Shown piece after piece: positions 49,058 to 60,200 of a DNA stretch of 64,000 nucleotides. The translations under genes were made by a program, and so were the position numbers. Each line of letters opens with the position of its first letter. Position 1 is the first letter of the stretch. Source of the DNA: Nemertoderma westbladi (Eukaryota > Animalia > Xenacoelomorpha). The DNA lies in contig JAUCBJ010000989.1 of NCBI GenBank assembly GCA_032718475.1, forward strand, positions 1-64,000, written 5' to 3'. The notes beneath the pieces were generated by a model. That model ran no database searches, was not told the DNA's origin, and saw nothing but the letters and a program-made list of their open reading frames with translations.

Positions 49058-50031
49058 ATAATGAATAAACGTGCGTAGAAGTTATTCCAAAAACGGATGC
49101 GGTATTAGCGCAAATTAGTTACACAGGTGAAATGATGTTTGTAGATCAGAATGGTTGTTGGTCGGTTGGAGGATATAACGAAGGAACCAACAAGGTATCC
49201 ATGTCTGTAGGATGTTACAGCAAGAATAACGTTCTCCATGAGTTATCCCATTTACTAGGGATGGCACACGAATATCAACGAATGGATCGCGAACGATTTA
49301 TGTACATGGAACACAACGGGGTGGTATTCAGCTACGGTTTGATAACTCCAATAGAAAAGAGTGGAAACAACTTCAATCTGCCTTTCGATTTCTATTCTGT
49401 TGTTTCTAAAGCGTTTTTACCCAAAGTCCCCATGGATGCGGACCCAAGTAATATAAAGTCAGACGGAAGAATAAAATTAACGAAACCCGGTTTATCTTTT
49501 TACGACGCTAAGGAGATCAATCTCATGTACAGTTGCGCATTGCATTGCAATTTTGATGCGGTGGTCTGCGACCGACCAGGTTACATAGATAATAATTGCG
49601 AGTTTGTTTGTCCAGAAGGAGCTGATTGCGGAAGGACATGTCCACGATCCGAGCAAACCGGATGTCTGGAGCCGGGATTTGTAGACACCCAATGCCAATG
49701 CTACTGCCCCCCAGGTTATCCGCCATGTGAACGAGATTGCGATGTGCAAAGTGTTCACTGCCGTTTCCCTGGTTACATCGGAGAAGACTGCCAATGTGTT
49801 TGTCCAGAGGATAACCCTGACTGCGGGACCTACTGCGATTACGCGAACATCCACTGAGAAGAACCATCGTATATCGATAAGAATTGAAATTGTGTCTGTC
49901 CAGAAGATAATTCAGAATGTCAAACAGCTGAACGACAGGGAGGAAACCAGTGTTTACCTGGTGAGTTCCAATGTGATAATGGCCATTGTATTCCACAGGG
50001 AGATAAATGTAATAAAGAAAACAATTGTGGT
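49058..50031 (+). pseudogene. Astacin (M12A) metalloprotease with Cys-rich EGF-like repeats and an LDLa module; truncated at both ends by repeats
   Basis: HELSHLLGMAHEYQRMDR zinc motif; degenerate Met-turn; in-frame stops at ~49066, 49855 and 49885; LDLa CLPGEFQCDNGHCIPQGDKCNKENNCG cut by the LTR at 50032. Confidence 0.82.
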
Positions 50032-51255
50032 TGTTCGCGCTTTCAGACCTTTGGCAGTTTAACCCGCCAAATTAGGATGTCTTCTAGATAATAAATCGCT
50101 TTTAGCCTCTGACAAGTATTTGATTCACTACACTAGTCGAAACCAATCTGTGCGCGATCATTCACCCGCTGGATATACCCGGGAGATTGACTTCGACGGC
50201 TTAATCTTATTGCTATGTAAGCCTAATGTATTATTCGACTGACAGTATTATATAATCTCTGACAATATTATTCACCTTCGGGGAATATTAACAGTTCCTT
50301 TTGGACGTGGCGCTCTATCTATATAAACAGAGCTATGACTTAAACTACATGCAACGATATGGCTTAGTTATAATTCACATATATGGCGCATTCTTTAGGA
50401 AATGCTTCGTTATCAGTCTCACTCATACACAATGCTGCACAATACTGCACACTGATCTGCCGATCTTCACTGATTTTAGTCACATATAAAAGGAACACAG
50501 ACCGACTCATGTAGGGTCTATCAAATAACATTAGATTCACTTCAAACCACTTTAACATAAGTCGCAATCGTTATATGTAACCTGTCTCTCTTACCTTCGG
50601 TATATCAAGAATATTGGGTTTTCGGGGTTATTTCTCGTTATTCCAAATATAATATTTCATCAACCATATAATGAAGAACCGACAGTAAATAGCAGAATAA
50701 CAATATAAAAGGATGTACGATAAGATATATGCATTGCCCAGTTGAGTATATTAAGTTAAGACAATCAGATTTGTTTTGATTTGATTTGATAACGGATATA
50801 TGTCCTTATAATTAAGCCTACTAGTGTTAGGCTAAAAGCAGAAAAACACAAATATTCCAAAAGCCGTTCTTTCCTGGCTCAGGACCGAAATGTAAACACT
50901 GCCCATAATGCATTGCGTGATTTCTAGGAAATTTCTGTACAAGAGCAATAAAAACGCTCTGATTGGTTGACTGAACTAAGAGACACCGTAGAACAAAGAA
51001 AATCGACACGTATGCAGATCAGCTGTTAACCGTCGTCATAGTAACTACTGTTTCACGAGGATCCAGCTACTTTGCGTCATAGAATTGCCATAGAATCACC
51101 AACCATGTCTTCCAAAGTACACATACGGAAGAAATAGCCCTTAGGTCATCCAAAAAACACCGATACAGCAATAATACGGCTTCTTACGCCTACTAAACCA
51201 ACTACAGAGTATTTTAAGGGAAAAATAACCGGGCAATTCCGCAAAAGCTTTTACA
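50032..51255 (-). repeat. Probable 3' LTR of element B (1224 bp)
   Basis: Minus strand GGGAGCGG|TGTAAAAGC...GCGCGAACA; same boundaries as in copy A; predicted TSD GTGGT (50027-50031). Confidence 0.7.
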
Positions 51256-51332
51256 CCGCTCCCAGAAAATGGGATTTTCAGTCTATAAAATATAAAAATC
51301 ACAGTTTCTAAACATAAGGATACTCTAAACAG

Positions 51333-54300
51333 TTAGTCTTTCTTACGCGGACGGCGTTTACGCAGTTTCTTGAGGTTAGCAAGAGTCCTTTTCTCTTTGG
51401 GGCGAGCCACTTTACTAGGAGGGCTGTAGCTCCTAGGCGAAGGGTGCAATATAATTGCATCAGAAGGTGTAGGGTTACGATCGGTATACCCTCCGGTCGA
51501 AGTACCTGGTTGATCGATATCAACCTCAGTGGAACGAGGTCTAACGGCCTTTAGAGCACGTCTCAGGAAGGCAGCTCCCACGGGTCCCTGACGGGTCGTC
51601 TGGACACTAGCGGTGGGTGGACCGTGAGTGGTGAGGAACTTTCTCGGTTTAATGGTTCTCTCCAGCTCGCGTTCTCGGGTTCGATATTCATATGGTCGCC
51701 GAGATACTTCCTGTAGTCCAGGATGCGAGTTCACAAAGATGTCGCCATACTCAGGGTCCTGACGGATAAAATTGATCAGGTGATATGTGGTTATATCATT
51801 AGGGTTAACGTTTCTAAGGTATTTTCTGACAAACTTGGTGGAAATACACTCACCAACACGCTTCATCAACTCATAACTCGGTACGCGTGTTTTCTGTTCA
51901 ATCGACGCGAATAGATAAGGATGGAACGCGTAAACTCCCTCGTAAGCTCGTCCAGGGTAATAGTGATGTCGGGATTCGCAATGTAAATCCGCGTTCGCTT
52001 CCCAAGCTCGGATGTATCGCAGGGTGATCATCTCGTCTACGCTCTCTAAATCGCGATTAAAGGGACAATTGTAACTTTCATGTCCTTTAAGTTGACAGTA
52101 GTGACATTGAGTCATAAATTGTGGGCAGACGGCAAAAATATGAGAGTTATTAAGTCTGCAATAAGCACAATATATTTCCATCATCGGTTGTTCGAGGAAA
52201 TAGGAACAAGGTACGTTTGAGTCTAGAGGGGTGAAGTGGTCTCTCGATGCGCATAATCGACAACGTTTTCGAGAAACATAGTTGGCGTGTCGATAATCGT
52301 ACGCTGTGAGACGTTGTGGACCTTGATACCACTCTATGACATAATCATTATCACTGCTCCGGGAAGCTGTAGGCTGAATCGCTTCTGATTCCAAGCATAC
52401 TGGCTCATCCTCCAGCTGCATAGTCGAAGTGGGTGCGTCTGTCTCAGTAAGTGGACCCACTGTCTGTATTTCCACGACAGAATAACCTGTAGGTATTCGG
52501 GGTCTTTGTATAACAGATGAATGTAAGTTCTGTATACAAACGTCTTGAAAAACGGCAAATCCAGCGCTACTCAGTTTCTCCGCAGCTGAGTCTCTCAGAC
52601 TGAGTTTGGTCAGCGCGCGGTCCTTGAACTGACTATCGACGTTACGGAACGGAGTCAGAAAGCGCCGGAAACATTCGAAACGTATAAACTTATTATGTTC
52701 GTCTAACTTGGCGAGTTTGGTTCCAAGTATTAATGGATGAGCGCGTATGGTACGACTGCACACATCGGCTAGCCAACCGGCAAGTGCTGCGTTTTCAAAG
52801 ATCGTGTATATAGCTAAGGAAGGGCGAAGTGGAACACTCATAAAGCTATATACGGCACCAGGCGCAGATAATGGTCCATCAAAATATAAACGAGAGTAAT
52901 GATCTCCATATACTTGCTGGTAATTGATAGGATTTCCAACTTTGAAATTCCATCCATATTCTTGAAAGGCAAGATGTCCGATGGATGTCCGTTGTACTTT
53001 AGTAATGCCGCTGGGTGTATTGGCATACATCGTGCGAAAGAAACCTCGGCCTTCGGCCCAAGGAGCAATCAGCTGAGTATCAACGAAAGGGTATGGAATG
53101 TTTTCCATATTCCGAAAGTCGTTTTGGAGATCTCCATAAACAGCTGAGCCGATTTTCAGGATTTTTTCGTTAAACAACATTTCGAGCACAGGTTGGGGTA
53201 ACATTGATCCATCGATACCCATGGCCGGTTTGCGCTCGGTGTCGGTGACGTAACGCTGCGCGAGCTCGAATTGTCCATGTCGAAGTTTCTTTTGTGTCTC
53301 CGTAAGAGTTTCAAAAGAATAATCAATCACGTCGGAACACGCTCGAGTGAATACGTGGGTAGAACCAGCGAGTCCTCGTATATGTATCATTCGCGTAGTT
53401 CCTAGTTCTCCAACCGGAACGCTACCTTCGTTGTCATAAGTAACAACGCCATACATCTCGATAACGTTAAGAGTCTCGTTCCATTCCTTAGTGGCGTTTT
53501 CGAGAGTCATTCCCACTGGATGCCACAAAGTAGCGCATTCGCTAGCATTGGGTAAGTCTCTATACTTTAAGCATTGTGTAGTATAGGTTTCCACATCTCC
53601 ATATCGTTTTATTCTTTCTTCCTCGAATAACACGTCAAGATTCCAGTGCACTAATCGAGTTTTAATGAATCCATCAAGATTGTACGGAGGTAATATTTCT
53701 TTCTCTATTCTAGAAATATTATACGGTTTTCGAAATGAGTTTAGTTTAACTAGCTGATCTAGATGTTTTTGTAGTTGTTCGAGTTCGACAAGATCGAGAG
53801 GATTGATTAATGGTAGAAACCTCAGACTATGCGTAGGATCTTCCGGTTTTACCATGTAATATTGCTTTAAATTGACGTAATAAGGGTGATCCTTAATTCC
53901 ATAAAATGAGTCCGGCAAAGGTCTAGCGCATATGTTAACATCGTGCACCATGCGACGGACAAGATCTGCTCTATTGTCCGGAGGCTCAACGAGTACACCA
54001 TCGACACGAGCAGCCTCGATGGGTGGACGTTGTAGCATGGGAGCGTCAGCAATGAGCTCTTGAGATCTGAGATCGGTATTAACCGGTTGAGGCTGTACCG
54101 TAGCAAAGAGCTTGTCTTTAAAATGAGGAACCATCGAGGGGTGGAGGATCGTTTTGGAATAGAGATCCGTCACGAGAATTTGAGCTTCTGGTTGGGCTAA
54201 AGCTGCTTCTTCCCTCTCATTCAGCTCTATATGTCTCTCCTCGAGCTGATTTTCCTCCGCTTGTTGTTGCAAGCGCTCGTCCAGGAATTCCTGTAAAGAG

Positions 54301-55586
54301 TAGGTGCGTCCACGTTCGATGTCCTCCTCTAGATTTTGTATTTCTCTATCGAACTGGGGTAAAGCTAGTTCTTTCACCGCTTGGACTTGTTGTTGCAATT
54401 TACGTTTCTCCAAGCAATCGTAAGTTCCTTTTCCGATTTTCTGCCGAATAGCGTCCAATGCATTTCGTATCACGCTCTCTTCGACTTCTGTAACAGGTTG
54501 GATCGGAGGGAGGCCAGGACGGTTGTAGGGGTTAAACGGTGATATTAGATGACCGCGTCCTAGTCCAGCGAGGTAAGGTTGGCGAATATCTAACGAACCC
54601 ACTACCGGAGTGCCACCAATCAACTGTTCAGGTAACACTAGATCTTTGAACAGTGAGTACAGCTCGGGAGGATCCGTAATACTATTAGGATCGAGAGTTT
54701 GAGGTATCACTTGGGAATGAGGAGGTCTGACCGAGTATTCCGGAACTCTGATCATGGGTTTATTCAATGATCGCTTAAGGCGCGCGACCGTAGGTGATAC
54801 GTCGAAAAGGTTTCGCTCGAAACTCCCATAAGTATATCGCGTAAAACTGTGTTTAGCGCAACGTCTCCGCGGATGTTTATGCCTTTCGATTTGCTGGTTA
54901 GGTCTAGGGCATTCGTCACAGTAATACCAAAGACGCACGTCTTGAAGGGGAAACGCGGGTGATCGCTCTCCAGTTTTACAATATTCCTCCATCTGTTCGA
55001 AGCTATCTGGAACGACAGGTAGTGGTCGATCGGCGGTAAGATACATCATCGTAAAATAGAGCCGTTTGAGTTCCATCATAGGGTCTGGATGTATACCTTG
55101 AGGATATCGAGTTTCGAGGTTTTGTTGACTGGCAACATTGAGATAGGTCTCTCTTAGGAATTCTAGATAATCGTTGAAGTCGCTACGTTTATCAGGTTCT
55201 TCAACGTCTTCCCTTTCGAGTCTGTTTCGAATAGAGTTCTCGTGTTCTATTCTCGATTTATCGTTTCGACTCCGCTGGGTATGATATTTAAATAAAACCA
55301 TTTCCCTTTCGGTGTCTACATCGTCGGTGTCGTGTAAATCAATAGGATGACCAGTAGTCAAGAAGTCCATATACGTACCATTACGATGCGTATAGCGAGC
55401 GGTGAATTTTCTATAGTCCAATTCACGCGTAAGTTGCTCCTGGGACATTGGCGGTTCGATATAACGACCATCGTCCTCCGTAGTAGTTGGATCAGCGTCG
55501 CCGCGTATCAAGCTATCGACAAACGCTTGTAAAGGTAGAGTATATCTCTCCCTGATACCAAGATCATCTTCTATTAATTCAGTCAT
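51333..55586 (-). CDS. Retrotransposon accessory protein, 1417 aa: DEDDy (WRN/EXD-like) 3'-5' exonuclease domain, CCHC zinc knuckles, basic C-terminus
   Basis: ExoI VVTYDNEG; LPQPVLEMLFNEKILKIGSAVYGDL (ExoII); FVDTQLIA; SIGHLAFQEYG; PLRPSLAIYTIFENAA (ExoIII-like); knuckles CRLC..H..C, CAYC..H..C, CHYCQLKGHESYNC; no signal peptide or TM segment seen. Confidence 0.8.
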   Translation of the reverse strand: MTELIEDDLGIRERYTLPLQAFVDSLIRGDADPTTTEDDGRYIEPPMSQEQLTRELDYRKFTARYTHRNGTYMDFLTTGHPIDLHDTDDVDTEREMVLFKYHTQRSRNDKSRIEHENSIRNRLEREDVEEPDKRSDFNDYLEFLRETYLNVASQQNLETRYPQGIHPDPMMELKRLYFTMMYLTADRPLPVVPDSFEQMEEYCKTGERSPAFPLQDVRLWYYCDECPRPNQQIERHKHPRRRCAKHSFTRYTYGSFERNLFDVSPTVARLKRSLNKPMIRVPEYSVRPPHSQVIPQTLDPNSITDPPELYSLFKDLVLPEQLIGGTPVVGSLDIRQPYLAGLGRGHLISPFNPYNRPGLPPIQPVTEVEESVIRNALDAIRQKIGKGTYDCLEKRKLQQQVQAVKELALPQFDREIQNLEEDIERGRTYSLQEFLDERLQQQAEENQLEERHIELNEREEAALAQPEAQILVTDLYSKTILHPSMVPHFKDKLFATVQPQPVNTDLRSQELIADAPMLQRPPIEAARVDGVLVEPPDNRADLVRRMVHDVNICARPLPDSFYGIKDHPYYVNLKQYYMVKPEDPTHSLRFLPLINPLDLVELEQLQKHLDQLVKLNSFRKPYNISRIEKEILPPYNLDGFIKTRLVHWNLDVLFEEERIKRYGDVETYTTQCLKYRDLPNASECATLWHPVGMTLENATKEWNETLNVIEMYGVVTYDNEGSVPVGELGTTRMIHIRGLAGSTHVFTRACSDVIDYSFETLTETQKKLRHGQFELAQRYVTDTERKPAMGIDGSMLPQPVLEMLFNEKILKIGSAVYGDLQNDFRNMENIPYPFVDTQLIAPWAEGRGFFRTMYANTPSGITKVQRTSIGHLAFQEYGWNFKVGNPINYQQVYGDHYSRLYFDGPLSAPGAVYSFMSVPLRPSLAIYTIFENAALAGWLADVCSRTIRAHPLILGTKLAKLDEHNKFIRFECFRRFLTPFRNVDSQFKDRALTKLSLRDSAAEKLSSAGFAVFQDVCIQNLHSSVIQRPRIPTGYSVVEIQTVGPLTETDAPTSTMQLEDEPVCLESEAIQPTASRSSDNDYVIEWYQGPQRLTAYDYRHANYVSRKRCRLCASRDHFTPLDSNVPCSYFLEQPMMEIYCAYCRLNNSHIFAVCPQFMTQCHYCQLKGHESYNCPFNRDLESVDEMITLRYIRAWEANADLHCESRHHYYPGRAYEGVYAFHPYLFASIEQKTRVPSYELMKRVGECISTKFVRKYLRNVNPNDITTYHLINFIRQDPEYGDIFVNSHPGLQEVSRRPYEYRTRERELERTIKPRKFLTTHGPPTASVQTTRQGPVGAAFLRRALKAVRPRSTEVDIDQPGTSTGGYTDRNPTPSDAIILHPSPRSYSPPSKVARPKEKRTLANLKKLRKRRPRKKD

Positions 55587-55652
55587 ATCTGCTATACGAG
55601 TTCACCAATATTATAATGAGTTTATATATTTGTTAGGCGAGCGGGCGTCGCT

Positions 55653-55790
55653 GCCTACTTCTCCTTTGCCCCCGGACAGTGTGAGATTCTCAGCGCCGAT
55701 GTACCGCTGTCGCTGTACTTTCGCCAACGACGTAGCCGTACAACGACAACGATAACCGGCACAAGTCACTCCACTGTCCGTCCCAAAGGC
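55653..55790 (-). promoter_or_regulatory. Conserved long RNA stem-loop ending about 65 nt upstream of the accessory ORF start (copy B)
   Basis: 17/17 paired stem UAUCGUUGUCGUUGUAC/GUACAGCGACAGCGGUA plus outer stems; compensatory changes against copy A. Confidence 0.65.
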
Positions 55791-57244
55791 TTAGATGTAC
55801 TTCAGGTTTTCCTTGGAGAGTTAGGGCTACTTTCACGATTGCGACTAGCTACTGTAAACACACTTTAGCAGTAACATTCACCTATAAACTCACAAATACC
55901 ACACAACTTGTCACAAACTACGCACATTCGGGCCATTTGTCCGTTAGTCAATGCCTTCCAGAATGTCACTGTATTATTATGTATCCTTGGATACTAGCAG
56001 TGCGCTATTTATTCCCTATGCTATTCAATGGGACAAGCTTTCTATTGTTCTTTTAACTCAATTCTAATTCTAGCGTGGTTGTTGCTATGGTGACATTATG
56101 CAAAGCTAGCGGTAGAATTAGGGTAATTCCAATGCATACAGATCTGGGATGTTATTTAATAGTAATTCTTTAATGGTCAATGTCCTGTTTTATACATGGC
56201 TTTATGAATTTTATCGGCTATTGACTATGTTTGGGAGACTTTCGCACACTCATACGCATAATAAGATAAATCTCCGCTCCCTTGATCTATTAATTAATGG
56301 AATTTTGGGAATGTTATAAATTGCGTAAAAATGGCAATTTATTAAATTCATTAAAAGGCATGAATTTAAATTTATTCCCTGAAATTTTATTATTTGATAA
56401 TTAAATTGACATATTTTGATTCTAGAACATGTCTGGGGACACAAGATCCTTAATTCTATGAAAATTTTCTTTTTAAGAATATCGGTAAATGCTACGATAT
56501 CTTAATTGACTAGAATTTTTGAAGGATCTGAATTTTACAGATTTTGATTTATTAGATTTGCAAATATTAAATAATTAATATTTGAGATGGGCACCAATTT
56601 ATTCCAGAACTTGTCTGGGGACGTTAACCACTGATTCTAGAATTTTGTCTTTCAAGTATATCGGTGGGTGACACAATATCTTAATCGACTAGAATTACAG
56701 ATGGTCAAAAGGTTTAACAGATTTATTTGCGTTTTACGCTACTGTTATAGGGACATCACGCTACTATATGTATTATTTAATATAAGGTAGAAGAGCAATA
56801 TCGCACGAAGCAATGTCAGTGTGAAGAGGCAAGTCGTTTCCAAGGTCTACCCAGAGCTTGGTTTAGCCGAGACACGAGGATCTGAACTTTGCATTCCTAA
56901 TACTCTGCCTACCAATAATACTTGAATATAGTAGTGGCTTTATTGTACTTTAATAAGTACGGACATTTCATCTTACTGTAGTCACGCATTTATAATATGA
57001 TACGGACAGTAAGGAAAGAGAAAAATACTTGTTTCTCACCGTCACACTAAATATAATATAAGTAATTACGTACGCAATAAACACGAATATATTGCACTAT
57101 TCTACTAAATAATCGCTAAATAATATTCTACTAAATAAAATTAAATAAAACGATTATAATAAAATTACATAGTAATACATACATAAATATAAAAATAATA
57201 AAATAATATAAAATAATAGAGTCACACGCCCACTCCGAACGATA

Positions 57245-60200
57245 TTAAGTTGGGGAGCCCCTAGATGTCGGTTGGATTAGGGAAGTGGTCGTGGGAAGAG
57301 TTTCTTGCCTTCCATAGTTTCCGGAGAGCTCTCTGTCTCTTTCCAGTAAACATAAACGACCCACTGGGCGGTTGAGCTGTTGAGTCTCAAAGACTATCCC
57401 TGGTTTCTTAAAGTTACGCCGCATGACGACGAGTTCTACTGATCGCACCAAACCATCGCTCGAGATATGAGTCTCGATGATACGACCTGTTTGCCATCGC
57501 TTACGTGGGAGATCGGGGTCCACAATAAGCACCATGTCTCCAGCGCTGACGTTTTCTTGCTGCGCAAACCACTTAGTTCGAAGTTGTAGAGTGGGCAGAT
57601 AATGTTTCTCGAAATGGTCAGCGAAACGACGGGATAGCAACTGCATAAGTTGCCAGGTTCGACGGCAGTACTCGTCTCCGTCTGTGATCTCCGATCGTGG
57701 GAGCATGGCTACGGGTTTCTTCAGTAGAAAGTGCGCGGGTGTTAGCGCTTCCAGGGAATCAGGACTTGAAGAGACTGGCATAAGCGGTCTTTCGTTGAGA
57801 TAGGCGGCGATTTCCTCCATTAACGTCCGCAATAGTTCGTCGGTGAGATAAGCGCGACAAGGTACGATAAAGTGGAACGCAGTCTTCACGCTCCTAATCA
57901 ATCTCTCCCAACTTCCTCCCCACCAAGGGGCATCGGCGGCGTTGAAGGTCCAGCTAGACGCTGTTATCTTTAGCTGATCGTCCACCTGTCTTTGGTTCCA
58001 GTCCTTTACGTAAGCTTGAATTTCGTTGTTGGCGCCAATGAAGTTCGTTCCCTTATCCGATCTCATCGTGTTACTAGTTCCGAAGCGAGCGATCTGCCGT
58101 CGTAAACTTAACACAAAGCTGTTGGTAGATAGATCGTTCACCATATCGAGATGGATAGCTCTACAAGTCATACAAACGAAGATGACACACCATCTCTTGA
58201 CTATAGTCCTGGCACGATATACTTCAATAGGGCCAAATAAATCCACACCGGTATTATTAAAGGGTGGTTCATAGAAGCTTACTCTTTCCCTAGGTAATTC
58301 TGCCTCTCGCTGTGTTAAAGGCCTACTGAATGCTTTCCTACAGGGTATGCAGTTCCTAAGAACTTGGTTCAGAGCTCTACGAGGTTTATAAAAATAGTAG
58401 CGAGTTCGAATTTCGCTAAGCACTCGTTCTCTACCAGCATGGTACAGTTTGCTATGGACATCTACAATCATCTTGATTTGTATGTCAAGATTTCTAATGA
58501 GTATGGGAAACTTAGTGTCAAAGGATAATGGGGCGTTGGTAAGCCTTCCTCCAACACGTATTAACCCATCTATCATTGTACTAGAGAAGCGATCCCTTAA
58601 GCGCATCTGCGGATTTCTTAACAACAGGAAATACTTATCGGAATCCTCATAGCATTGTAGGAGTCTCAGCATCTGTTTGTTGGTTTCATCATGCTCCTGG
58701 TAACTGATCTTCTCCTTTAGAAACCTGTCGGATATCTTGTATTTGGGAAGATCTTTAACAACATGGACTCGTGCAGATGTCGATGGAGCATCATCACTAT
58801 TGGTCTTTGTCCTGGAGTAACGATGATGAAAACATCGTTTTAAATATGTGACGGCTTTACAGAGCCGATTCCAGGAACTGTAGTGACGTATCGCTCTCTG
58901 CAGGAGAGGTGAGAGTCCTTGCGAGATATCTGGTATTCCAGATTTCCAATCCTTGTCACGGATTTCCAAGACTTCTTTATTCGTGGCGGTGGGTTTCTTA
59001 TCCAAAGCATCATCTCCGGAAGTAAATAATACAGATAGATCAACCGCAGGTTTAAACAATTTCGATTTACTCGCTCGAGTTTTAGGTTTAACTTTCTCCG
59101 CTCCCTTGGCCTGTCTGATCTCTGCTGTTGTGAGATGGGGAGGCCATTCTTCTTCTTCTCTGTAGAGGAAGTCGGGTCCACCTAACCATTCGGGAGTATT
59201 TACCAATTCCTTTGGAGTCGCTCCCCTGGAAGCGATGTCTGCTGGATTAATCATTCCGGGGCAATGTCTCCATTGATCCATCGTCGTGCGACTAAGTATG
59301 ATGGCTACTCTGTTGGTAACGAAGACGCTGAACTGACAGACTTCATTGGTTATATACTCTAACACGAGTAAAGCATCGGTCCAATAGACAGTTTTCTCTA
59401 ATGGATAGTCAATCTGTTCTGTTACATTCCGGCCGATGGCTGTAGCGTATAGAGCCGCCTTTAACTCCGCTCGATGAACTTTCAACTTGTTGTTGATTAA
59501 TGCCTTAGAAGTAACCAAGGCGACTTTGATTCCATCCGTAGTTTCCACTCTTAGGTAGGCTACTATACCTATTCCCATATCGCTGGCGTCTCCAAACACA
59601 TGGAGTTGATAGGAATACGTAGGGAGAACATGACCAAAATATGAACGGGAAATTATAAAATCCTCGATAGCCGGCAGAGAATCTTCCCATTTCATCCACT
59701 TCTTTAATAATTCTCCCTTAAGTGGATCGTCCCATGAGTGGTTTGCCAGCCACATTTGTTGTACCAAACTCCGTGCAATCAATATAACTGGGCTAATAAA
59801 TCCTAATGGATCGAAATAAGTGCTCAGTATACTTAAACAAATCCGTTTGGTTCGAACTGGATTATCTCGCTGTTTTAGCTGGAAAAACAGGATATCTGTG
59901 TCCCATTTCAAGCCGAGTGTCTTGGTTTCTGGCAGATCATCTTTGATCAAATCTAGATCTTTTGCCCCTCGATCTTCCGCAGGGATCGACTCCAGAAACT
60001 CACGGGAGTTGCTGGTGAATTTCGTTAATCGAAACCCACCTCCTTTTAAGCACTCTACCGTTCCTTTAGCGACCTCAATGGCTTCTTCAACTGATGGAAG
60101 GGACTTCAGGTTATCGTCCATGTATATGTCCCGTTTGATGTTGTCGATCACTTCCTTAGAGAAGGCTTCTCGGTTGTCATCTGCAGTGGTACGCACTACC

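Noticed and set aside
49855-49887. Selenoprotein with two Sec codons
   Set aside because: An additional in-frame TAA, a degenerate Met-turn, truncation by an LTR and no visible SECIS point to a pseudogene.
51333-55586. env gene of an endogenous retrovirus-like BEL element
   Set aside because: No signal peptide, transmembrane anchor or Cys-rich ectodomain; motifs indicate a nuclease and zinc knuckles.
55653-55790. Hammerhead ribozyme (CUGAGA and GAAA both present)
   Set aside because: The two motifs do not meet at a three-way junction; they fall at opposite ends of one long stem.
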